A DNA stretch of 5,878 nt from a virus (Duplodnaviria; Heunggongvirae; Uroviricota; Caudoviricetes). Position 1 is the first letter of the stretch, and every line of letters starts with the position of its first letter. Position numbers and translations under genes: made by a program. Location of the stretch: IMG/VR virus record IMGVR_UViG_2681813274_000006. The stretch is one strand, 5' to 3'. Under the pieces are notes generated by a model. That model saw only the letters and a program-made list of their open reading frames with translations, made no database searches and had not been told where the DNA came from. Positions 1 to 5,556 of the stretch are shown here, piece after piece.

Positions 1-570
1 AAACACTATCAATAAGTTGGAGTCATTACCCGATATCCTGCTGAGAACATAAACACCCACGGATCGAGGCGTACGCTATCATGTTGCTACCACACTGACA
101 TGTTTTAAAAAATGCAATAAGACATTGTATCTGANNNNNNNNNNNNNNNNNNNNNNNNNNNNNNNNNNNNNNNNNNNNNNNNNNNNNNNNNNNNNNNNNN
201 NNNNNNNNNNNNNNNNNNNNNNNNNNNNNNNNNNNNNNNNNNNNNNNNNNNNNNNNNNNNNNNNNNNNNNNNNNNNNNNNNNNNNNNNNNNNNNNNNNNN
301 NNNNNNNNNNNNNNNNNNNNNNNNNNNNNNNNNNNNNNNNNNNNNNNNNNNNNNNNNNNNNNNNNNNNNNNNNNNNNNNNNNNNNNNNNNNNNNNNNNNN
401 NNNNNNNNNNNNNNNNNNNNNNNNNNNNNNNNNNNNNNNNNNNNNNNNNNNNNNNNNNNNNNNNNNNNNNNNNNNNNNNNNNNNNNNNNNNNNNNNNNNN
501 NNNNNNNNNNNNNNNNNNNNNNNNNNNNNGCCGGGTTTTGTGATGACCGGTTACGCCAACCCTGTACGTC

Positions 571-620
571 TCACCACCTCCCTGATTGGCGTCAGAGGTG
601 GTGATCATCCAATTAATTGG
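571..620 (+). promoter_or_regulatory. Inverted repeat plus palindrome immediately upstream of the rha start codon; possible operator or structured element
   Basis: Perfect 10-bp inverted repeat TCACCACCTC (571-580) / GAGGTGGTGA (595-604) with a 14-nt spacer, followed by the perfect 12-bp palindrome CCAATTAATTGG (609-620) and GGAG at 619-622, about 10 nt before the ATG at 632. It may instead lie inside the 3' end of a masked upstream gene. Confidence 0.25.
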
Positions 621-631
621 AGTCATCACAT

Positions 632-1189
632 ATGAATACAGCTATAACTTTTTCTAACGAGTCACCAAAAGTCTTTTTCAAAGATGGTCGCCTGGTTACC
701 ACCTCTCAAGCTGTTGCCGACTACTTCGATAAACAACATAAACACGTTTTAGCTAAGATTGACACACTCGACTGCTCTCCCGAATTTACATCAGCCAACT
801 TTTCGGCCGATGTTCAGACTGTCGAAATTGGCAACGGCGCAGAACGTGAATCACGATGCTACCTGATCACAAAAGACGGCTTCATGTTCCTCGTAATGGG
901 ATTTACTGGCAAAAAAGCAGCCAGACTAAAAGAAGCTTACATTGAAAAATTTAACGCAATGGAAGAAGAACTCCACAAACGTCCTCCTGCAGCACAAAAC
1001 TCCCCCGCCCCAAATAATGGATGCGCATTACTGATCCACTTCGATAAACACGGTCAGGTCGAGTTCACAGAAAAAGTCCCCGCCGATGCGATGGTATGCA
1101 CTCTGGAACGGTTTAAATTTTATCTGGAGCAACATGGGTGGATCGTTGCCCGTAAAGAACAATTGGTGGAAAGGTTGATGCGGTTTTAA
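632..1189 (+). CDS. Rha-family phage regulatory protein: N-terminal Rha-like domain (about 110 aa) plus an uncharacterised C-terminal region (about 70 aa)
   Basis: Open frame of 186 codons from ATG 632 (the ORF track starts at TTG 617; ATG 632 with GGAG upstream is the more likely start). The N-terminal part (TTSQAVADYFDKQHKHVLAKIDTL ... CYLITKDGFMFLVMGFTGKKAARLKEAYIEKF) matches the pattern I recall for the phage Rha regulatory domain. Stop TAA at 1187-1189. Confidence 0.75.
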   Translation: MNTAITFSNESPKVFFKDGRLVTTSQAVADYFDKQHKHVLAKIDTLDCSPEFTSANFSADVQTVEIGNGAERESRCYLITKDGFMFLVMGFTGKKAARLKEAYIEKFNAMEEELHKRPPAAQNSPAPNNGCALLIHFDKHGQVEFTEKVPADAMVCTLERFKFYLEQHGWIVARKEQLVERLMRF

Positions 1190-1198
1190 TGAATGCAA

Positions 1199-1230
1199 AA
1201 CCCCGGATGATCACCGAGGTTAATTTTATC
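1199..1230 (+). terminator. Weak candidate intrinsic terminator after rha
   Basis: AACCCCGG (1199-1206) / CCGAGGTT (1214-1221) forms an imperfect 8-bp stem (one mismatch) with a 7-nt loop, followed by AATTTTATC. Confidence 0.3.
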
Positions 1231-1315
1231 GAGCGTGATTGCCGCTAATCGCCATCGCTCTGATTGAGCGTAAATCATTCAGGTTATTCAGTTCTTCCTT
1301 CTGCTCTCGCTGACG

Positions 1316-1486
1316 TCAATAAATCCCATCATTGCGATCAACCTCATCCTTAACCATTGATGCGAGCAGTTCTTCCAGTTTCTGCGCTGACAGCTTTACC
1401 TGGTGATCTTCAGCATCTTCCCGGGCTATTGTGGTTCGCGCAGTGGCTGATTTTGCTGACATCACCACAGGGGGCAGACGGACCAT
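1316..1486 (-). CDS. Hypothetical small protein (56 aa), convergent with rha
   Basis: ATG at 1486-1484 preceded by GGAGG with a 10-nt spacer (complement of 1497-1501); TGA stop at 1318-1316. Product MVRLPPVVMSAKSATARTTIAREDAEDHQVKLSAQKLEELLASMVKDEVDRNDGIY is charged and probably helical. The track ORF 1316-1597 starts at a TTG with no ribosome-binding site, so I prefer the internal ATG. No family recognised. Confidence 0.35.
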   Translation of the reverse strand: MVRLPPVVMSAKSATARTTIAREDAEDHQVKLSAQKLEELLASMVKDEVDRNDGIY

Positions 1487-1552
1487 TGAACCATGGCCTC
1501 CGGAACAAATAAGGGCAAAAATAACAACCACTATCGAAAGCTCACAAACTAA

Positions 1553-1586
1553 CCGCAGCACGTTCCTGCATACGACGTGTCTGCGG
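1553..1586 (-). terminator. GC-rich hairpin 15 nt downstream of the tfa-fragment stop; member of a recurring hairpin family
   Basis: CCGCAGCACGT (1553-1563) pairs with ACGTGTCTGCGG (1575-1586) with one bulge and an 11-nt loop; a moderately U-rich tract follows on the minus strand. Confidence 0.35.
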
Positions 1587-1600
1587 CATAATCCCAATGA

Positions 1601-1962
1601 TTACTCCCTGACAGGATTTGCAGGCCACTCAATATCAGGTGCAGTTGATGTATCAACACGATTCAACAATACCCGATATTTATTCCATGCCTCCAGCAAC
1701 GATCTTTCTTCCTCCGTTGCGATTTCCAGATCTACAGCATCCTGCAGTGGCGCAATATACTCACTAAATTCCTGGATGTAGAACTGTGTGGTGACGGTCT
1801 TCCAGCCATTCGGCTNNNNNNNNNNNNNNNNNNNNNNNNNNNNNNNNNNNNNNNNNNNNNNNNNNNNNNNNNNNNNNNNNNNNNNNNNCTCACTAAATTC
1901 CTGGATGTAGAACTGTGTGGTGACGGTCTTCCAGCCATTCGGCTCCTGCTGTATCGAAGCAT
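1601..1962 (-). pseudogene. Tail fibre assembly protein (lambda Tfa-like), 3' fragment only
   Basis: Minus-strand translation gives ...[70 protein letters not shown], matching the C-terminus I recall for lambda Tfa ([24 protein letters not shown]). The frame is closed upstream by TAG (complement of 1963-1965) with no N-terminal Tfa region. The track ORF 1732-1962 (-) is in a different frame and does not give this product. The region spans the masked 1816-1888 gap. Confidence 0.7.
1760..1944. repeat. Tandem direct duplication inside the tfa fragment: 56 bp identical at 1760-1815 and 1889-1944, 129-bp period
   Basis: Exact 56/56 identity on either side of the 73-nt N block. 129 bp is 43 codons, so the duplication is in-frame if the masked length is real. 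Confidence 0.6.
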
Positions 1963-2026
1963 ACTAGGCTATTTCAATATCGCTATGCTGCGGCAGCATT
2001 TAACCCCTTGTAATTCATCGCCATAA

Positions 2027-2055
2027 TTGATTTAATTCACAAATAAAACTATAAT
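2027..2055 (+). promoter_or_regulatory. Sigma70-like promoter for the methyltransferase gene
   Basis: TTGATT (2027-2032), 17-bp spacer, consensus TATAAT (2050-2055). The -10 abuts the ATG at 2056, so the real start may be the in-frame ATG at 2068 (MKKNTDD...), preceded by GGTGA. Confidence 0.4.
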
Positions 2056-2724
2056 ATGGTGAAATTAATGAAAAAAAACACAGATGATGGGGCTAAAATT
2101 TACACACCACTTACCCTAAAGCTTTATGACTGGTGGGTTTTGGGAGTATCAAATCGGCTTGCATGGGGATGTCCTACAAAGGAACACCTTCTTCCACACT
2201 TTCTGGAACATTTAGGTAACAACCATCTGGATATTGGTGTTGGAACTGGGTTTTACCTTACTCACGTACCTGAGAGTAGTCTGATATCTTTAATGGATTT
2301 GAACGAAGCTAGCCTGAACGCGGCATCTACAAGGGCTGGGGAATCAAAAATTAAACATAAAATTAGCCATGATGTTTTTGAACCTTATCCCGCGGCGTTA
2401 CATGGTCAATTTGATTCCATTTCCATGTTTTACCTTCTTCACTGCCTGCCTGGAAATATATCTACAAAAAGCTGTGTAATACGCAATGCGGCGCAGGCCT
2501 TAACTGACGATGGAACTCTATACGGAGCCACAATTCTTGGCGATGGAGTTGTGCACAATAGCTTCGGTCAAAAACTGATGCGCATTTACAATCAGAAAGG
2601 CATCTTTTCAAACACAAAAGATTCCGAAGAAGGCTTAACACATATACTCTCAGAGCATTTCGAGAATGTTAAAACCAGGGTTCAAGGTACTGTAGTAATG
2701 TTTTCCGCTTCAGGGAAAAAATAG
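2056..2724 (+). CDS. Class I SAM-dependent methyltransferase (orphan; small-molecule or protein type rather than DNA type)
   Basis: 222-codon ORF with glycine-rich SAM-binding motif I (LDIGVGTGFY), an acidic residue at the end of the following strand (LMDLNE), and a motif II/III-like FDSISMFYLLHCLP. No DPPY/NPPY or PCQ DNA-methyltransferase motifs. Markedly more AT-rich than its flanks. From memory it resembles the prophage methyltransferases ybcY/ymfD of E. coli; not verified. Confidence 0.8.
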   Translation: MVKLMKKNTDDGAKIYTPLTLKLYDWWVLGVSNRLAWGCPTKEHLLPHFLEHLGNNHLDIGVGTGFYLTHVPESSLISLMDLNEASLNAASTRAGESKIKHKISHDVFEPYPAALHGQFDSISMFYLLHCLPGNISTKSCVIRNAAQALTDDGTLYGATILGDGVVHNSFGQKLMRIYNQKGIFSNTKDSEEGLTHILSEHFENVKTRVQGTVVMFSASGKK

Positions 2725-2731
2725 CATCCAA

Positions 2732-2769
2732 CCGCAGCACGTTCTTGCTTAAGACGTGCTACGGTTTCC
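2732..2769 (+). terminator. Candidate intrinsic terminator 8 nt after the methyltransferase stop
   Basis: CCGCAGCACGT (2732-2742) / ACGTGCTACGG (2754-2764) forms an 11-bp stem with one mismatch and an 11-nt loop, followed by TTTCCTTT. The left arm is identical to that of the hairpin at 1553. Confidence 0.45.
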
Positions 2770-3027
2770 TTTACGATTTGGGGTTGCGACTTTACCTCTA
2801 TTGATAATGCATTCCGGCAGAACGTTCAAATATGAACGTACGATATTTAACTAACCGAAAAACAAAATATAGCACAGGCGAGACATTTACCATCTAAGAA
2901 AATAGTATCGTTTTTTTACAGTTAAATCAACATCTCTTCCTTAAAATGAAAACAATAAATTTCAATCCTGAAACATTTTATTTCAGCTTATNNNNNNNNN
3001 NNACGTGCTGCGGCATAATCCCAATGA

Positions 3028-3138
3028 TTACTCCCTGACAGGGTTCGTAGGCCACTCAATATCAGGTGCAGTTGATGTATCAACACGGTTCAGCAACACC
3101 CGATACTTTTTCTAGGCTTCCACCACCAGCACGACAAG
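3028..3138 (-). pseudogene. Second copy of the lambda-type tfa 3' end (about 27-35 codons), fused to the pin remnant
   Basis: Minus-strand translation of 3111-3028 gives [27 protein letters not shown]. It is about 90% identical at nucleotide level to 1575-1685 and is preceded by an in-frame TAG (3114-3112) where the other copy has TGG (Trp). Confidence 0.7.
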
Positions 3139-3354
3139 ATGCCGCATACAGTGCCCCAGTCAGTCCAGTTTTCAGACAACCAGTGCGTCACCTTTTTGAA
3201 GGCGCTTTAAAGCACGTTTTAATCCAGGTCGGCCTGTCCTTGTTCCGCTTAATTTATCTTCAAATATTTGTTCATATCCTGCACAAACAAGAGCGTTTCG
3301 TTGCAGGTCTGTATTCTGGTCATTTGTTGATACCCTTACATAGCCAATCAGCAC
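3139..3354 (-). pseudogene. pin: Pin/Gin/Hin-family serine DNA invertase, N-terminal remnant with in-frame stop codons
   Basis: From GTG 3354: (M)LIGYVRVSTNDQNTDLQRNALVCAGYEQIFEDKLSGTRTGRPGLKRALKRLQKGDALVV, then TGA (3174-3172) where Pin proteins have Trp, then KLD, a second TGA (3162-3160), then LGHCMRH. The catalytic-serine motif YVRVSTxxQ is intact. The remnant stops after about 70 codons instead of the roughly 185-190 aa of intact family members. Confidence 0.85.
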
Positions 3355-3408
3355 GCTGAATCTCCCGTCCAAAAGCACAAATCATGCCATGCAGGCCAGA
3401 AACCGCCA

Positions 3409-3434
3409 TTATCTAAAACCTCGGTTTACGAGAA
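3409..3434. other. gix/pix-type inversion crossover site
   Basis: TTATCTAAAACCTCGGTTTACGAGAA: 26 bp made of two imperfectly inverted 12-bp half-sites around a central dinucleotide. It closely matches the Gin/Hin/Pin crossover consensus as I recall it (TTATCCAAAACCTCGGTTTACAGGAA). It lies between the invertase start and the tail-fibre variable cassette, as in Mu and e14. Confidence 0.6.
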
Positions 3435-4193
3435 CTCGGCACAAGCGGGGAGAAAATACCGTTACTCAGTACAGCGAATACCTGGACTAATCGACAAACA
3501 TTCAGCGGTGGCCTTTCTGGTGAACTATCCGGCAATGCTTCTACAGCTGCAAAATTAAAAACTGCCAGGAAAATAAGCAATGTGGCTTTTGATGGTTCCT
3601 CCGATATCACATTAAAAGCAAGTCATGTTGGTGCGTTTGCCTTAGGGAAAACAGGAAGCACCGTTGCGAATGATAAAGCAGTTGGATGGAACTGGAGTAG
3701 CGGAGCCTATAACGCAACTATTAGTGGTGCATCAACGTTAATTATTCATTTTTATATGGGAGAAGGAAGTTGTCCTGCAGCTCAGTTTCGGATTAATTAT
3801 AAAAATGGCGGTATTTTTTATCGTTCAGCCCGTGATGGTTATGGTTTTGAAGCCGACTGGTCCGAATTTTACACCACCAGAAAACCTTCAGCAGGAGATG
3901 TTGGTGCACTGCCGTTATCTGGTGGTCAACTGAATGGTGCACTGGGTATCGGAACATCCAGTGCTCTTGGCGGTAATTCGATTGTATTGGGTGATAATGA
4001 CACGGGCTTTAAACAAAAAGGCGATGGTAATCTGGATGTTTATGCTAATAACGTCCATGTTATGCGCTTTGTCTCCGGAAGCATTCAAAGTAATAAAACC
4101 ATAAATATTACGGGACGTGTTAATCCCTCGGATTACGGTAACTTTGATTCCCGCTATGTGAGAGATGTCAGACTTGGCACACGAGTTGTTTAG
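3417..4193 (+). CDS. Tail-fibre C-terminal variable-domain cassette; promoterless, with the frame opening inside the crossover site
   Basis: The frame is open from the TAA inside the crossover site (3414-3416) to TAG 4191-4193 (259 codons). The track calls only the GTG at 3582. The product (...LLSTANTWTNRQTFSGGLSGELSGNASTAAKLKTARKISNVAFDGSSDITLKAS...) is Gly/Ser/Thr/Asn-rich like phage tail-fibre distal domains. There is no ATG or ribosome-binding site at the 5' end, consistent with expression only after inversion joins it to a constant region. Confidence 0.7.
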   Translation, partial: NLGLRELGTSGEKIPLLSTANTWTNRQTFSGGLSGELSGNASTAAKLKTARKISNVAFDGSSDITLKASHVGAFALGKTGSTVANDKAVGWNWSSGAYNATISGASTLIIHFYMGEGSCPAAQFRINYKNGGIFYRSARDGYGFEADWSEFYTTRKPSAGDVGALPLSGGQLNGALGIGTSSALGGNSIVLGDNDTGFKQKGDGNLDVYANNVHVMRFVSGSIQSNKTINITGRVNPSDYGNFDSRYVRDVRLGTRVV

Positions 4194-4196
4194 ACC

Positions 4197-4343
4197 ATGA
4201 AGAAAGGCGTGATGTATGAAAAATCAGGCCATGTAATCACGGGGCTTGGTATTATCGGTGAAGTCGATGGTGATGATCCGGCAGTATTCAGACCAATACA
4301 AAAGTTAATTAACGGAACATGGTATAACGTATCGCAGGTATAA
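4197..4343 (+). pseudogene. Detached tail-fibre C-terminal tip (48 codons), separated from the cassette by an in-frame TAG
   Basis: Same frame as 3417-4193, with only TAG plus one codon between them. Its product ...[39 protein letters not shown] aligns with the contiguous C-terminus of the minus-strand fibre ([39 protein letters not shown]). Confidence 0.5.
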
Positions 4344-4345
4344 TC

Positions 4346-4999
4346 ATGCAGCATTTAAAAAACATTGTCGCAGGTAATCCAAAAACCGTTGAACAATACC
4401 AGCTAACAAAGAATTTTGATGTTATCTGGTTATGGTCCGAAGATGGAAAAAATTGGCATGAGGAATTAAAANNNNNNNNNNNNNNNNNNNNNNNNNNNNN
4501 NNNNNNNNNNNNNNNNNNNNNNNNNNNNNNNNNNNNNNNNNNNNNNNNNNNNNNNNNNNNNNNNNNNNNNNNNNNNNNNNNNNNNNNNNNNNNNNNNNNN
4601 NNNNNNNNNNNNNNNNNNNNNNNNNNNNNNNNNNNNNNNNNNNNNNNNNNNNNNNNNNNNNNNNNNNNNNNNNNNNNNNNNNNNNNNNNNNNNNNNNNNN
4701 NNNNNNNNNNNNNNNNNNNNNNNNNNNNNNNNNNNNNNNNNNNNNNNNNNNNNNNNNNNNNNNNNNNNNNNNNNNNNNNNNNNNNNNNNNNNNNNNNNNN
4801 NNNNNNNNNNNNNNNNNNNNNNNNNNNNNNNNNNNNNNNNNNNNNNNNNNNNNNNNNNNNNNNNGACTCTCAGCTACAGCTGGGCATCATTTCCGATGAG
4901 AATAAACAAAAATTAACCGAGTGGATGCTCTATGCGCAGAAGGTTGAATCCACAGACACCTCCAGCCTGCCAGTAACGTTTCCCGAACAACCAGAATGA
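4346..4999 (+). CDS. Tail fibre assembly protein (Tfa); interior masked
   Basis: ATG 4346 lies 2 nt after the preceding stop. The N-terminus [23 protein letters not shown] is paralogous to the minus-strand tfa, and the C-terminus ...[28 protein letters not shown] is Tfa-like. 393 nt of the interior are N-masked, so length and frame continuity are assumed. Confidence 0.75.
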   Translation: MQHLKNIVAGNPKTVEQYQLTKNFDVIWLWSEDGKNWHEELKXXXXXXXXXXXXXXXXXXXXXXXXXXXXXXXXXXXXXXXXXXXXXXXXXXXXXXXXXXXXXXXXXXXXXXXXXXXXXXXXXXXXXXXXXXXXXXXXXXXXXXXXXXXXXXXXXXXXXXXXXXXXXXXXXXXDSQLQLGIISDENKQKLTEWMLYAQKVESTDTSSLPVTFPEQPE

Positions 5000-5001
5000 G
5001 A

Positions 5002-5032
5002 GAAGGCCCGCTATCGGGCCTTAATTTTTATT
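5002..5032. terminator. Hairpin between the convergent tfa genes; probable terminator
   Basis: GAAGGCCCG (5002-5010), loop CTAT, CGGGCCTT (5015-5022), followed by AATTTTTATT on the plus strand. The T-tract overlaps the stop of the minus-strand tfa (5028-5030). Confidence 0.5.
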
Positions 5033-5555
5033 CAGGCTTTTGTGGCCATTCAGGATTTGCCGTATCCACACGGCTGACCAGAACACTGTAGCGTTCCCAT
5101 GCTTCCAGTCGTGTGCGTTCCTCGTCTGTTGCCATATTCAGCCTGACAGCTCGTTCCAGCGGCTGGATGACTGATTCAGCTTCGGAAAGCAATGCGGCCT
5201 TTTGTGATTCGGCCTGTTGTTGCAGTTCCTGTTCTGTATATTCCCTCTTTACTACTTTACCATCCAGAAACATCCATTTTCCGTTATTGTCTGCGTGACG
5301 ATTTGCCGTAATATCAGGAACTTCAACTATGCTTAGCCCTTCAGGATTAATAGTTGAAACGTCTTTACTGACAGCAACGATGATGTTGTTCTCATCGTAA
5401 GCAATTTTTATGGTGTCTGGCTGAAAATTCTTTTGTTCCTCATACCAGTTTTTGCCATCTTCGCAAAAGAGCCATACCACGCCCGCTTTTTTAGTTAGCT
5501 GGTATTGTTCCGGTGTTTTCGGATTCCCGGCCTTAATATTTTTCAGGTGCATCAT
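5028..5555 (-). CDS. Tail fibre assembly protein (Tfa)
   Basis: ATG at 5555-5553, with GGGGAG about 9 nt upstream, starts 1 nt after the fibre stop. Product [23 protein letters not shown] ... [31 protein letters not shown] has a lambda Tfa-like C-terminal motif. The track ORF starts at an upstream TTG (5591), which I think is less likely. Confidence 0.85.
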   Translation of the reverse strand: MMHLKNIKAGNPKTPEQYQLTKKAGVVWLFCEDGKNWYEEQKNFQPDTIKIAYDENNIIVAVSKDVSTINPEGLSIVEVPDITANRHADNNGKWMFLDGKVVKREYTEQELQQQAESQKAALLSEAESVIQPLERAVRLNMATDEERTRLEAWERYSVLVSRVDTANPEWPQKPE

Positions 5556-5556
5556 C

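Noticed and set aside
18-625. Shared 10-12 nt motif TTGGAGTCAT at 18-27 and 616-625
   Set aside because: A match of this length is expected by chance a few times in a window this size; no flanking similarity.
105-629. Track ORFs 105-629 (-) and 125-604 (+) spanning the first masked block
   Set aside because: Both are open only because about 395 nt of N contain no stop codons. The visible ends are short, start at GTG/TTG, and the plus-strand one is Arg/Cys/Trp-rich like a spurious frame. A different plus frame ending at 635 is more plausible but equally unverifiable, so it is reported as a finding only.
1431-1781. Track ORF 1431-1781 (+), 116 aa
   Set aside because: Antisense shadow overlapping the minus-strand tfa fragment and the small ORF. 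Its product is low-complexity (Ser/Thr-rich) with no ribosome-binding site.
1732-1962. Track ORF 1732-1962 (-), 76 aa
   Set aside because: Wrong frame. A different minus-strand frame gives the clearly Tfa-like product; this frame stays open only across the duplicated and masked stretch.
2056-2724. Methyltransferase as the modification half of a restriction-modification system
   Set aside because: No DPPY/NPPY or cytosine-5 motifs, and no adjacent nuclease-sized ORF; the flanks are tfa fragments and non-coding AT-rich DNA.
3066-3359. Track ORF 3066-3359 (+), 97 aa
   Set aside because: Antisense to the invertase remnant, whose family identity on the minus strand is unambiguous.
3413-3610. Track ORF 3413-3610 (-), 65 aa
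   Set aside because: Antisense to the start of the fibre variable cassette and the crossover site; no support beyond being open.
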